A stretch of DNA of 64,000 bases, from IMG/VR virus record IMGVR_UViG_3300050821_024094, positions 10,778 through 74,777 of that record. One strand, 5' to 3'. This document shows, piece by piece, positions 47,085-56,637 of the stretch. The notes beneath the pieces are model-generated. The model worked only from the letters and a program-made list of their open reading frames with translations. It ran no database searches and was not told where the DNA came from. The stretch is from a virus. Made by a program: the position numbers and the translations under genes. Numbering within the stretch: position 1 is the stretch's first letter; each line of letters begins with the position of its first letter.

Positions 47085-47289
47085 ACCGCCGCCCTCCAGT
47101 CCAGCCGCAGTTGAAGCAATTCCAGACCACGCCCTCGCCATCGATCCGCACGGACAGGCAAGGTTCTCGCTTGCGCTTTCGTTTGTGTGAGCATTCGGGG
47201 CATAGGGCTTTCTGGTTTCCGTTTCGGTGTGGTCGGGCGTTGATGTGGAACTCGTTGAGGATGTCACTCGCACTCAGGGTGTCAGACAT
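46975..47289 (-). CDS. Stand-alone primase zinc-binding domain
   Basis: CPECSH.RK...CLSV.ID..G..WNCFNCGWTGG. Confidence 0.8.
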   Translation of the reverse strand: MSDTLSASDILNEFHINARPHRNGNQKALCPECSHKRKRKREPCLSVRIDGEGVVWNCFNCGWTGGRRYDGQSKSFGVVRRPSDRRRDRPTYGSLQRSARASWR

Positions 47290-47297
47290 GCGGCGCC

Positions 47298-48143
47298 TCA
47301 GATGTGAAAGGAGCGCTTCGGCGCCGAGCCTGGAGGTGGTCGCCTCGACCGGAACTCGACCTCGTTGCCAACCCAGGTGCGGAACGCCGCTCGCCAGTCC
47401 ACGAACCTATTGCCCTTCGCCGTGTGGTGATCTCGAAAGCGTAGGAACATCCGATCGAGTTCGGGATCGGCGAAGCCGCGCTCTTGCCCGAAGGCGCGCA
47501 GGGCGTCGTCAAGAGCGAAGCCTTCCGGCCAAGCGGTCGCCACGCTGCGCGGCTTGCGTTCCGCCCTCGCCTTGGATGGGATGTTGATCGGGTTCGCCGC
47601 CCCCAACAAATCCGTGGCGGGCGTCCCCTCCCGCGAGGGAGGGGATAAGGCGAGGGTTTCTTTCTGTTCTTGTTCTTGTTTATGTAAGTGTAAGTGTGCA
47701 TCGGAAGCCATTGGGGGAGCATTGGCTACCTGATCGGTAGGCGATAACTTGGCTATAGGTTGCCTATCGGTGTTTTGTTGATTTGACTTAGCTTTTCCCC
47801 ACCGACGAGAAGCGCCCTCCACGCCACCATCGGATTGAGATTTCGTGCGCGTTTTTTGAGTGGCAATTTCCTCCGCAGCGACCGGGTTAAAAAGGCGACC
47901 GTTTTCCGTAGTGGCGAGCTTGCCGGCCGTGATCAGACTGGCGACCGCAGCCGCCACTTTCCTTTCCGAAAGGTGGGCGCGCAGAGCCAGTGAACGGGCC
48001 GTCTCCGCGATCGGGCCGCCCACCTCGTACATGCGCAAGATGGCGATGACGTAGGTGTAGCCTTCCTCTGCGGTCATCGCGGAGAGCGCCCCGAGCAGCT
48101 TGGTCGGATAGCATGGGAACCACGGAAGGCGCTCCTCGCTCAT
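47298..48143 (-). CDS. Replication initiator-like protein (YdaU/DUF1376 N-terminus)
   Basis: LPWF.CYP...L......EE.Y...I..MY; C-terminal DWRAAFRTW. Confidence 0.8.
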   Translation of the reverse strand: MSEERLPWFPCYPTKLLGALSAMTAEEGYTYVIAILRMYEVGGPIAETARSLALRAHLSERKVAAAVASLITAGKLATTENGRLFNPVAAEEIATQKTRTKSQSDGGVEGASRRWGKAKSNQQNTDRQPIAKLSPTDQVANAPPMASDAHLHLHKQEQEQKETLALSPPSREGTPATDLLGAANPINIPSKARAERKPRSVATAWPEGFALDDALRAFGQERGFADPELDRMFLRFRDHHTAKGNRFVDWRAAFRTWVGNEVEFRSRRPPPGSAPKRSFHI

Positions 48144-48436
48144 GCCGCCCTCCGTTCACGCATTGGGAAGAAGCCGCGCATGCGCAGGTGGCTGGCGACG
48201 AACCAACGGGCGAGCGGAGCCGTCCAATGGTCGTTGCACTTGAACTCGCGATCACCCCTCTCGACCCGACGGTGCCATCGGATGCGATGAAGAATGGCGT
48301 CGGACGAGTAGTGCTTGAAACCCGATGAGCGGACCTCGAAGGCGAAACGCTCGAACAGACTGCACACGTCTTCGGGGATGCCCTCCGGCATCTGGACCGG
48401 CTCCAAGCTGGCGCAGAGATCCACGAGGTCCATCAT
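48140..48436 (-). CDS. Hypothetical protein
   Basis: FERFA.....G..HYS..AI..RIRW...FK.N.....AR.F pattern. Confidence 0.7.
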   Translation of the reverse strand: MMDLVDLCASLEPVQMPEGIPEDVCSLFERFAFEVRSSGFKHYSSDAILHRIRWHRRVERGDREFKCNDHWTAPLARWFVASHLRMRGFFPMRERRAA

Positions 48437-49059
48437 GCTGCCTCCGCTGGCGTGTGGTCCTCCCAGGAGACGCGGCGGACCTCGTAGTGGTCGCAGCGGT
48501 GCTCGCGGTCCCAGACGAACCAGGCGAACGCCATACCGCTGTTTGCCTTCCGCCCTTCCCAGCCGGCGCGGTGCATCATCGGGAGCCGCTTGCGGAACAC
48601 CCAAACGCGGGCGAGGTGACCGCCATCGAGTGCGAAGCGGCGAGCTTGGCCTGCCTCTGAGCGGCTGTTGCCACCCTCCAGGAACGCGAGGCGCAAGAGG
48701 AAGTAGACCCGCGGCACCATCCCGATCGCCTTCTCAGCAAAGCGCGCTGCGAGCTTGAACGGCGGATTGGTGATGATCGCCTCGGCGCCCATCCACGCCC
48801 TTCGCTCCAACAGGAAATCACAGCCGGCTTCCGATTCCGGGCAGCCGTAGTCGCGGAGATCGCTGGCATAGACGGTGTGTCCAGCGTCGCGTAGCACGCG
48901 CACGATGGCGCCAGGCCCACAGGCGGGCTCCCAGATTTTCCGTGGCAGGCGCTCGACACCCATGAGCGCGTGGACGGCGACGGCCGGCGTCTCATAGAGA
49001 TCGTCGCCGCGAGCGGCGAGCTTGTCTCGTTTATTGCCGAGTGAGGAATCCAATGGCAC
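48433..49059 (-). CDS. DNA N6-adenine methyltransferase
   Basis: YETP, IWEPACGPG, IITNPPF, LLRLAFLEG, FAWFVW. Confidence 0.88.
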   Translation of the reverse strand: MPLDSSLGNKRDKLAARGDDLYETPAVAVHALMGVERLPRKIWEPACGPGAIVRVLRDAGHTVYASDLRDYGCPESEAGCDFLLERRAWMGAEAIITNPPFKLAARFAEKAIGMVPRVYFLLRLAFLEGGNSRSEAGQARRFALDGGHLARVWVFRKRLPMMHRAGWEGRKANSGMAFAWFVWDREHRCDHYEVRRVSWEDHTPAEAA

Positions 49060-49065
49060 GAGCGC

Positions 49066-49569
49066 TCACCTCGCCTTCGGATGGCGATACGCGATGCGGG
49101 CATGGAACGTGCAGTAGGGCTTGCACTCGCCCTCACCCGCCGCATTGCCGCAGAAAGCGAAGCCGTCCTCGAGCGGATCTCCGAGCGGGAAATGACATTT
49201 GATCGAGGAGAGCTCGATGATGGAGCAGTTAAGCTCGGGCATCGGCGATGCGACATCGACTGCATCGTAGAAAGCCGGCCGCACACGCCGCTCATAGGCA
49301 CGCGCAGTGGAGCGACGCACACGTGCCTCTCTCGGTTTGCGCGAGACAACGAGCAGGAGACGGTGCGCCTTGCCGATGCAGGCGTTCCGCGTCAGTACGC
49401 CACCGTGCTCCTCGTTGATCCGCTCGGCGATCAGCGAGAAAGAGATGCCCTCGGAAATGAGCGCCTTAAGCATTTCGGTCCGCTCGGCGGTCCAGGTCGT
49501 ATTGTTGCGACCGGCGGGCTTGTGGACCGGGGTGGCGTACTGCGGCGCGACCATGACGTGCATGTTCAT
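49066..49569 (-). CDS. gcrA: GcrA family cell-cycle regulator homologue
   Basis: WT.ER...LK....G.S.S.IA...TRNA.IGK.HRL; C.FPLGDP....F.FCG...YC..H..IAY. Confidence 0.9.
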   Translation of the reverse strand: MNMHVMVAPQYATPVHKPAGRNNTTWTAERTEMLKALISEGISFSLIAERINEEHGGVLTRNACIGKAHRLLLVVSRKPREARVRRSTARAYERRVRPAFYDAVDVASPMPELNCSIIELSSIKCHFPLGDPLEDGFAFCGNAAGEGECKPYCTFHARIAYRHPKAR

Positions 49570-50048
49570 ACGAACGCTCTCCTGGCTTGACGGGCGCGGT
49601 ACCACGCGAGAAGCGCGGCCTCGGCGAGGTTGTGGTCTTTCTTGAAAGCAAACAGCGAAGCGCGCTGCGGAAACATCTCGATCGCGCGCTGACGGCTGAG
49701 CTCGCCGTCCTTGGTCAGGCCGAGTGCCTTCTTCCAAACGCGGGGCTCAGCCTTGAAGAGTGGGATGCCGAACAGCATGACGGTCGCGCGCAGTGATCCG
49801 TTGGCGTCGCCGAAGCGAAACGTCGAGGAGAGGCCCTGCCCCGGCATTGCGCCGACGCGCTCCAGGATGGCCTCGGTCGGTCGCTGCATCTGAAGCCACG
49901 CCCACATCGCGTTGACGTCGACGTAGCGCTTGGAGCCCTCCCCGATCACCGGGACGCGGATTGCGCTGACGTCGTTGGTGTCAGGCGCGTACACCGCGAG
50001 CCCTCCTTCAAGTCCGGGGTCGATGCCGAGGATGCGAGGATCGCTCAT
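49566..50048 (-). CDS. Holliday junction resolvase (RuvC-like)
   Basis: ILGIDPGL.GG, LERV.AMPGQG.SS.FRFG, P..WKK, AEAALLA. Confidence 0.88.
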   Translation of the reverse strand: MSDPRILGIDPGLEGGLAVYAPDTNDVSAIRVPVIGEGSKRYVDVNAMWAWLQMQRPTEAILERVGAMPGQGLSSTFRFGDANGSLRATVMLFGIPLFKAEPRVWKKALGLTKDGELSRQRAIEMFPQRASLFAFKKDHNLAEAALLAWYRARQARRAFV

Positions 50049-50275
50049 TGACTGCCTTTGGTGATCTGATCGTTGAGCCTGCCGAGGATCGCGAGTGCTT
50101 CTCGCGGTCCGTGCCTGTCAGCAATGAAGAGGACGATCGCCTCGACCGCGGAGGTCGCCGTCCGGAGACAGCGGTCTTCACCTTGCTTTTCAGTGAGCTT
50201 GCGGATCGCCTCGACGAACTTGGCCACCTCCTTGCCTTCCGGCTCGAAGGTGGGTTCGCCCCAGAAGCGGCTCAC
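50045..50275 (-). CDS. Hypothetical protein
   Basis: Coupled in operon; GGAGG SD. Confidence 0.6.
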   Translation of the reverse strand: MSRFWGEPTFEPEGKEVAKFVEAIRKLTEKQGEDRCLRTATSAVEAIVLFIADRHGPREALAILGRLNDQITKGSQ

Positions 50276-50278
50276 GAC

Positions 50279-50863
50279 TTAGAGCCTCCGGTGCGCGTGC
50301 TCCCCCATCGGGGGCGGCGGCTTGAAGGGCATGTCGATGTCGTGAAGGATCAGATCGACGCTGGCGTAGAGATCCTTGAGCGAGCCATCGTTGTGAATGA
50401 CGTAGTCGCCCTGGATGTCGTGCCGCTCGCTTTCGTGATTGGCGTGAGCCGTGGTGGTACCGTCCCTCACGATCTGGATGATCTTGCCGGCGCGCTGGCG
50501 GACCGCCTCTGCTTCGTTGGGGAAGCGGACGTCGTCGGCAACGATCCAGTACCGAAAGAACGAGTCGACGCGGGCATTCCAGATGTTGGTCCAGATGTCC
50601 CCGCCGATTTGATCACGGCCCCACTCGGTCCCGATCGTGATCATCGCGAAGCGCGGGCTCTTGCCGCAAAGCAGCTTGCACGACTGATCCTTGAGCGAGC
50701 CTTCGATCTGGTCCTCCGTGAGCCCGATGGCGCGCAGCATGTCCTTGAGCGGGTCAGCGAACTTCACGACCTTGAAGCCGTGCATGCGCGTGAGATAGCG
50801 GGCGACCTCTGACTTTCCGCAGCCGGCGCGACCGTGCAGGCCGATGATGGCGGGATCACGCAT
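50279..50863 (-). CDS. Deoxynucleoside monophosphate kinase
   Basis: GLHGRAGCGKS, FADPLK, SPR..M.TIGTEWGR, DDVRFPNEA, HESE. Confidence 0.92.
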   Translation of the reverse strand: MRDPAIIGLHGRAGCGKSEVARYLTRMHGFKVVKFADPLKDMLRAIGLTEDQIEGSLKDQSCKLLCGKSPRFAMITIGTEWGRDQIGGDIWTNIWNARVDSFFRYWIVADDVRFPNEAEAVRQRAGKIIQIVRDGTTTAHANHESERHDIQGDYVIHNDGSLKDLYASVDLILHDIDMPFKPPPPMGEHAHRRL

Positions 50864-51344
50864 AGCGCTGCGCTCCAGCACACAGCGGCTTCGGTTGAGG
50901 CGAGCCAGTGCGGTTGACGTGGGACTGGATGCCGCGATGAACGCCGGAATGATCGAGGAGATTGAGGAAGCCCGCGATGTGAGCCAGGCTCCAGCCGGTG
51001 TCGCGACGGATCAGGTACATAAGCTCCTGACGCGCGGTCGTGACCGGGAGACGCTTGCTATAGCCCTTGATGACGTGTTCCGGGATGGCGTGGCGCGTGC
51101 AGACGTCCTCCGTATGGTGGCGAGCGATCGCCGGCCAATGATGCCGGATACTCGGGGAGAGCGTCGCGGGAAGCGGAGTGATGGCGCCTTTGACTGGCGC
51201 TGTCGCCAGTTCCCGGCTCGCCGGCGGGGCCTGAGTGTCTTTCTTCGCAGTGAAGGCGGAACCAGCCGCCGCCATACGGGCTTTGACATCTCGGTAGCCG
51301 CGCACGAGATCGCGGCCCGAGCTGGGCTCGGTGTTCAAGTTCAT
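50856..51344 (-). CDS. Protein with DnaA C-terminal-like HTH
   Basis: ARQELMYLIR..T.WSL..IA......DHS.V..G. Confidence 0.75.
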   Translation of the reverse strand: MNLNTEPSSGRDLVRGYRDVKARMAAAGSAFTAKKDTQAPPASRELATAPVKGAITPLPATLSPSIRHHWPAIARHHTEDVCTRHAIPEHVIKGYSKRLPVTTARQELMYLIRRDTGWSLAHIAGFLNLLDHSGVHRGIQSHVNRTGSPQPKPLCAGAQRYA

Positions 51345-51427
51345 GTGGTAGGGTCTCTGTTAGATTTTATTTGGAGGGCGGCGTGGCCGGTTTATCCGAC
51401 CACGCCGTAGTTCGAAGGGCTCGTCGT

Positions 51428-51835
51428 TTAGGCGGTCGAGACTTTTTCATCGAGCGCCCGCGCATGACGGGAGCACTCGGAACGATACGCGGCGCGCAGA
51501 TTCTCGTAGACGTCCCAGTAGATTCCTTTGGGACGGCGATACTCAAGATTCCACAGCAACGTCGGTGGCAATCGGTGCCGCACGGACAACCGGCGCATGG
51601 CGGTCTCCTTGTCGCCAGGGAAACGGGTTTCCATCTTCACCATCTCCTGGGACATGCGGACCGCCTCGTCCATGTAGCCGGAGGGGTTGCTGATCCCACC
51701 TTGCTTCAACAGCAAAGACTCTTTGCTGCATTGCAAAAACTCTTGGGGGATACTCTTCATCGTTGAGGTTGGGATTTGAAGGAGGCGCCACGATGAGGGA
51801 ACGATGGGCGCGGCCAGTAGATCGGTGCCGCTCAT
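51428..51835 (-). CDS. Putative CII-position regulator
   Basis: PGD.E.AMRRL.....P..LWNL.YRRPK pattern; second gene of lytic operon. Confidence 0.6.
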   Translation of the reverse strand: MSGTDLLAAPIVPSSWRLLQIPTSTMKSIPQEFLQCSKESLLLKQGGISNPSGYMDEAVRMSQEMVKMETRFPGDKETAMRRLSVRHRLPPTLLWNLEYRRPKGIYWDVYENLRAAYRSECSRHARALDEKVSTA

Positions 51836-52164
51836 GCTGCAACTCCCGCGCCGGCATCACGTGCGGACGCGCGCGTAGCACGGTCCGTGCCAACGCCAGC
51901 ACGACGAATTTCCGCCTGCTGGATGGCAGTCATGTAGGTTTCGAGGATCGCGTCTTGTTCGGCCCGCTCGGAAGCATCCTTACGGCGAAACGCGATGACA
52001 GACTTGAGCGCTTTGACGTCGTATCCGGCGCCCTTGGCTTCCTGATAGATGTCGCGCTTGTCGTCGTTGAGGTCTTTGATTTCCGCTTCGAGGTGCTCGA
52101 CCCGCTCTACGAGGGAAAGCAATTGTTCTCCCGCGGCTGAACTGGAACCATTTCCGTTTGACAT
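51832..52164 (-). CDS. GapR/DUF2312 (UPF0335) nucleoid-associated protein homologue
   Basis: QL...VERVE.LE.E...L..D..DIY.EAKG.GYD.KAL...I..R..D..ER.EQ.AILETY. Confidence 0.9.
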   Translation of the reverse strand: MSNGNGSSSAAGEQLLSLVERVEHLEAEIKDLNDDKRDIYQEAKGAGYDVKALKSVIAFRRKDASERAEQDAILETYMTAIQQAEIRRAGVGTDRATRASARDAGAGVAA

Positions 52165-52192
52165 GGTTGCCTCTCCGAACTCAGGGACGCGG

Positions 52193-52221
52193 TGTATGCG
52201 GTTATTTTTCCGCTTTGTCAA
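52193..52221 (-). promoter_or_regulatory. PR-like promoter with operator GCGGTTATTTTTCCGC (52198-52213)
   Basis: TTGACA-N17-CATACA on minus strand; operator lies in the spacer. Confidence 0.75.
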
Positions 52222-52330
52222 CCGGAAAGGTCTTTTAACCGCACCAATGGGGTTTTTTCCATGGGTGACAAGTGTTAGACATGCGCCGGAAGGGGTCCCG
52301 GTCTGAAATTTTGGGGGCGCGGATTTAGTC

Positions 52331-53098
52331 ATGACCAGCGACAAGAACACGCCATATGCGATGCAACTGGCGGATATCCTTGCGAGAATCGAATCGCGAC
52401 AGAAGGTGGTCGGACTTAGTGACCACGCCGCCAGTCTCGAGGCAGGGCTGTCTCGTGACGCAATCCGAAGCATGCGCCGCGGCTTGAAGGACGGCAAACA
52501 AGAGGGGGTGCAGTCCAGAACTATCCGCGCGCTCGCGGCACCCCTGCACACGACACCTGAATGGTTGATGACTGGCGAAGGGCCGGAGTCTCTCGACGCC
52601 GACGAGATTGCACCGCGTGCGCCCTTCCTCGAGGTGGTGGGAGAGATAGCCGCTGGCGTGTGGATTGCGGCAGACAAGCACTTGGTCGACCCGCCGCGCC
52701 TGCCTTATTTGGTCCCTCCAGACCCCATGTATTCGCAGTCAGCGCAATTTGCGCTGATCATGCGCGGCTCATCGTTCAACCGATACGCCGCAGATGGCGA
52801 CGCCGTCATTTGCATCGACGTGCGGCGGGCGAACCTGCGACTTCAGAACAACGATTTGGTTTTGGCCTGGAGCGTTCAAGTCGGCGGCTCCCTGAGAGAA
52901 ATCACGGCGCGTCGACTGCATCTGCAGCGAAACGGTACTGGCGAGCTCACCTATGAATCGACGGATGATCGCTTCGCGTCGACGACCGAGCGCGTCTCAC
53001 TGCGAGACGAAGGCCGTGTGACTAAAGTCGGAGCAGCGGAGATTTCAGTCACTGCCGTCGTGTGTGGCATCTATCGCTCCGTGCCACGCGGAAATTAG
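52331..53098 (+). CDS. cI: CI-like repressor (HTH plus S24 domain)
   Basis: HTH ...LA..L.TTPEWL.TGEG; VVGEIAAG.W; MRGSSFN...DGD. Confidence 0.88.
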   Translation: MTSDKNTPYAMQLADILARIESRQKVVGLSDHAASLEAGLSRDAIRSMRRGLKDGKQEGVQSRTIRALAAPLHTTPEWLMTGEGPESLDADEIAPRAPFLEVVGEIAAGVWIAADKHLVDPPRLPYLVPPDPMYSQSAQFALIMRGSSFNRYAADGDAVICIDVRRANLRLQNNDLVLAWSVQVGGSLREITARRLHLQRNGTGELTYESTDDRFASTTERVSLRDEGRVTKVGAAEISVTAVVCGIYRSVPRGN

Positions 53099-53209
53099 GC
53101 GAGAATTAGTTCGTATACGTACAAATTTTAGTTGCGGACCACGAGGGCAACCGGATAAGTCTCCGCTGTTTACGCGAATATAATACCGCCTGAAAGCTGG
53201 GGGGCGTCG

Positions 53210-53512
53210 ATGTGGTCTCGTGTCGGCATGCGCGTTGTGTTTGCGCAATCGTTCGATCGTTTCCCTTGGTACCATATCCAAACCGGCGAACGCGGGACTG
53301 TTGTCAATATCTGGCCAGGCCACACTCGCGTTAAAATTCTCATGGACCGGCCGCACGCAGGTCTCGCGCACTACCAAAATCACCTCTGGCTCACTAGGGT
53401 CGAAGCGTTCCACATGATCGGTCCTCTCCTGTTTGCCGGCTCGCAGTACCTTTGCAGCAACGAATGTGTGGAGGCGTGCTTATCCACCCTGCCAAGTTTG
53501 TTTTGTGGGTGA
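53210..53512 (+). CDS. Hypothetical protein in rex position
   Basis: Between cI and PL-like promoter; SH3-like VGMRVV...GERGTVV. Confidence 0.45.
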   Translation: MWSRVGMRVVFAQSFDRFPWYHIQTGERGTVVNIWPGHTRVKILMDRPHAGLAHYQNHLWLTRVEAFHMIGPLLFAGSQYLCSNECVEACLSTLPSLFCG

Positions 53513-53528
53513 TTAATCCGCTTTTTTA

Positions 53529-53557
53529 TTGACGCGGATATTTTTCCGCTTTAGCGT
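53529..53557 (+). promoter_or_regulatory. PL-like promoter with operator GCGGATATTTTTCCGC (53534-53549)
   Basis: TTGACG-N17-TAGCGT; operator differs by 1 nt from the PR operator. Confidence 0.75.
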
Positions 53558-53585
53558 CGATGCAACCTCAAAAGAGGAATGCATT

Positions 53586-53969
53586 GTGCTCCCTACCACA
53601 CTCTCTCCCTATACGAGCGGCCCAGGTCGCCCGGCCTATCAACGGCGCGTGCTCGCCAAGGCGAACGGCGCGCTCGTCATCACCTTCGTCCTGAGCAAAG
53701 ACGTAGCAGCCTGCATCGGCCTCAAGCCGGGCGGCCGTTTCTGTGTGGAGCTCGAGCAGACGCGGATGGTGCTGCGCGCGACGCACGCCGACTTCGGCGG
53801 CAAGGCCACTGCTTTCGGGAACCAGGTCAGCGTCAACATCCGAGGCGCGTTTCTCGCGCGCGACGTTCCCGCTGAGCCCGTTGAGCTCTCCCATCAAATT
53901 CGAGACGGCGAGCTGATCGTCGATCTCTCCCAGCTCCCTACCACGGAGAATCAACGGAGAAACGCATGA
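53586..53969 (+). CDS. Hypothetical protein, first gene of PL operon (possibly AbrB-like)
   Basis: GAGGA SD, GTG start; LSKDVA..IGLKPG.R. Confidence 0.65.
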   Translation: MLPTTLSPYTSGPGRPAYQRRVLAKANGALVITFVLSKDVAACIGLKPGGRFCVELEQTRMVLRATHADFGGKATAFGNQVSVNIRGAFLARDVPAEPVELSHQIRDGELIVDLSQLPTTENQRRNA

Positions 53970-54694
53970 CACAGAGACCAGACGACCTGCACAGGCAGGT
54001 GGAGGCCGCCAAGCAATTGCGGCTCCAGATCGCACTACTCGTTGCCGGCGAGAGCGCCGAAGCGATCGGGCAAGAGCTGAGCGAGGATGATCGCCGCGCG
54101 ATACAGGACACGTTCGAGGGTGAGACGAGCCTCGATGTTGAGCTCGAACGCGCGATCGCGGCCGAAGACGAAGACCTGATCCTGATCGAGGGCATCAGGA
54201 AGCGCGAGGACGAGCTGAGCGCCCGTCGCAAGCGGTACGAGAAACGCAAGGAGGCGCGTCGCGGCCTGATTGAGCAGGCGATGACGGTCGCTGGTTGGAA
54301 GAAGAAGGAGACCGCGCTCGGCACACTCTCGCTCGGCAGGGGATCGGCGAAGGTCGCGACTGACGACGAGAGCAAAATCCCCGTCGACTACTGGAAGCGA
54401 GCGGAGCCGACCCTCGACAAGACCACGCTCGGCGCAGCGCTACGCGAGCACAAGAAGGCGGTCGAGGAAGCGCTCAAGATCAGGGATGCGTATTCGCGCA
54501 GCGAAGCCCTGCTCCGGCTCTCGAACAAGCTGCCCCAGGCGGAGACGGTCAACGCCCGGATCATCGATGCTGTGATGCTCAACGACCCGGACGCGCAGTG
54601 CGAAGCGCTCGCAGCGATCCTCGCGAGCACGTCTCCCATCCCAGGCTGCCATCTCGAAATCGGCGGTCCGTCCCTCACCATCACCAGGAAGTGA
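53966..54694 (+). CDS. Siphovirus Gp157-like protein
   Basis: DT.EGET, coiled coil, DESKIP..YW...PTLDK..L...L, IPG.HL. Confidence 0.8.
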   Translation: MTQRPDDLHRQVEAAKQLRLQIALLVAGESAEAIGQELSEDDRRAIQDTFEGETSLDVELERAIAAEDEDLILIEGIRKREDELSARRKRYEKRKEARRGLIEQAMTVAGWKKKETALGTLSLGRGSAKVATDDESKIPVDYWKRAEPTLDKTTLGAALREHKKAVEEALKIRDAYSRSEALLRLSNKLPQAETVNARIIDAVMLNDPDAQCEALAAILASTSPIPGCHLEIGGPSLTITRK

Positions 54695-54697
54695 GCC

Positions 54698-55720
54698 ATG
54701 AACGAGATTGCACGTTTCAGCCACGGTGCGGCCGTCGCGCTTCCAAGCATCGCCTGGAGCTCCCGCCAGCTTGACACCATCAAGCGCACAGTAGCGAAGG
54801 ACACCAACAACGACGAGTTCGACCTGTTCATCGAATACTGCAAGGTGAAGGGACTCGATCCGTTCTCGCGACAGGCGATCGCCGTCGTCTTCAACAAGGA
54901 CAAGCCGGCGAAACGTCAGATGACCATCATCACGACGCAGGACGGTCTGCGCGTGATGGCCTCGCGCTGCGGCGACTACCGGCCGGAGGAGACCGAGGCG
55001 GTCTACGAGTACGACGAGAACCTCAAGAGCCCGGTCAATCCGCTCGGCATCGTGAAGGCGACGGTGACGCTGTGGAAGCAGGACTCGAAGTCGGACAAGT
55101 GGTGGCCGGTCAACGGCACCGCCTACTGGGACGAGTTCGCACCGATCAAGACGGACGATCGCGTCTTCGAGTGGGTCCCCACCGGAGAGGTCTACGAAGA
55201 CACCGGCAGGCCGAAGAAGCGCAAGCAAATCAAGGAAGGCTGCAAGGTCGAGGACTTCCAGAAGCTCGATGACAGCGGGCTCTGGGCGAAGATGGGCCGC
55301 AACCAGATCGCCAAGTGCGCCCGGATGCAGGGACTTCGCGGCGGTTGGCCAGAGACGTTCTCCGGTGTCTACGCCGAGGAAGAGATGGACCGGGCGCGCG
55401 TTGCCGATCTGACCGCTTCCGAGATGGTCGACATGGAGCGCGAGGAGCGCAGGGCGAAAGCCATCTCGATGTCAACCGACGAGTACCCATGGGTCACGAA
55501 CGAGGGCGAGCTGATCTTCGTCCCCGCCGGCAAGTTCTCCGACCACGTCTGCAAGGTCCTGCGCGAGGGCAAGTCCGCCGAGGAGATCGACACCATCCTG
55601 GTCCGCAACCGAGAAGGCATGGCGCGGTTCTGGAAGGTCCACAAAGACGAGGCGCTGATGCTCCGCAAGGAAGTAGACGGCGTCATCAAGTCCGTCCAGC
55701 AAACGGAAAAAGTCGCGTGA
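54698..55720 (+). CDS. bet: Phage recombinase Bet/RecT family
   Basis: EF.LF...C...GLDPF.RQ, DGLR..A.R, W.KM.R.QIAKCA..Q.LR..WP...G.Y..EEM. Confidence 0.9.
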   Translation: MNEIARFSHGAAVALPSIAWSSRQLDTIKRTVAKDTNNDEFDLFIEYCKVKGLDPFSRQAIAVVFNKDKPAKRQMTIITTQDGLRVMASRCGDYRPEETEAVYEYDENLKSPVNPLGIVKATVTLWKQDSKSDKWWPVNGTAYWDEFAPIKTDDRVFEWVPTGEVYEDTGRPKKRKQIKEGCKVEDFQKLDDSGLWAKMGRNQIAKCARMQGLRGGWPETFSGVYAEEEMDRARVADLTASEMVDMEREERRAKAISMSTDEYPWVTNEGELIFVPAGKFSDHVCKVLREGKSAEEIDTILVRNREGMARFWKVHKDEALMLRKEVDGVIKSVQQTEKVA

Positions 55721-55872
55721 GCCTGGCCCTCCTCCCGGCTTATGCGCACGGGGCGGCTCAGTGGAGTCGCCCCGTCATCCGCATCCTGATCGCGGCGCCT
55801 CTGCTGACCGTCGTGCTCACGACGCTCGCAGCCTGCGCCATCGGCATCCTCGCACCGAAGGTCTTCCGATGA
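55717..55872 (+). CDS. Small membrane protein
   Basis: Overlaps both neighbours by 4 nt; TM segment. Confidence 0.5.
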   Translation: MSLALLPAYAHGAAQWSRPVIRILIAAPLLTVVLTTLAACAIGILAPKVFR

Positions 55873-56375
55873 AGGTCGATGTCGAGACACCCAAGCTGCT
55901 GTTGCTGCACACGCCGCAGCACGCGCTGGTCCCTGCCACTCAGTACGACCTGGAGAAGCTGTGCAGGTACGGCGTCGGCCACGTCATCGAGGCGAAGCTG
56001 TGGCAGGAACGGTCGATCAAGCAACACCGACTCTATTGGGTCGCGCTGGGCATCGTTGCAGAGAACAACGAGGTGTGGACGAGAGCGGAGGTGGTCCACC
56101 GGAATATCAAAAAGGCGCTCGGCTATGTCGAGACCTACTTCGATTTCTTCGGCGTCGAGTGTGAGTACGTCCAATCCACCGGCTTCAACGCGATGGATCA
56201 GGGCGCCTTCAAAGAATACTTCGACCAGGCGATGGAGCTCATCCGGCTGCATTTCAAGGTCGATATCGACGAGTTGCTGAAAGAGAGCCGGCAAAGACTG
56301 GCTCCGCAGCGCCACTTCCCTACCACGCACCGGAGCAACCATGAACATCGTCGACTTCCTGCGCAGCAACATTAG
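55869..56375 (+). CDS. DUF1367-like protein
   Basis: RS.KQHR.YW...K..LG...S..F..MDQ..F..YF. Confidence 0.7.
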   Translation: MKVDVETPKLLLLHTPQHALVPATQYDLEKLCRYGVGHVIEAKLWQERSIKQHRLYWVALGIVAENNEVWTRAEVVHRNIKKALGYVETYFDFFGVECEYVQSTGFNAMDQGAFKEYFDQAMELIRLHFKVDIDELLKESRQRLAPQRHFPTTHRSNHEHRRLPAQQH

Positions 56376-56637
56376 GACCCGGAAGGCCGCCCGTAAGCGG
56401 TACATCCATCTCGTCTCGACGTCCAAGGTGATCGGCGGTGTGCCTCACTTCCGCAACGCAGCGGCAAGAGCGCGAGCCAAGGGTATCCACGAGAACGCCG
56501 CGAAGGGCGATCTGGTGATGATCGAGGTCAAGCGCTCGGTCTTCGTCGACGGCTCGAAGCACCCGCCATCCATCCTGCGCAAGGTCACCGCAGCGAAGGG
56601 TGTCGGCCGCCCTCCCCTCCAGCAAGAAGCGGAGTGA
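56341..56637 (+). CDS. Hypothetical basic protein
   Basis: GGAG SD plus motif. Confidence 0.65.
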   Translation: MNIVDFLRSNIRTRKAARKRYIHLVSTSKVIGGVPHFRNAAARARAKGIHENAAKGDLVMIEVKRSVFVDGSKHPPSILRKVTAAKGVGRPPLQQEAE

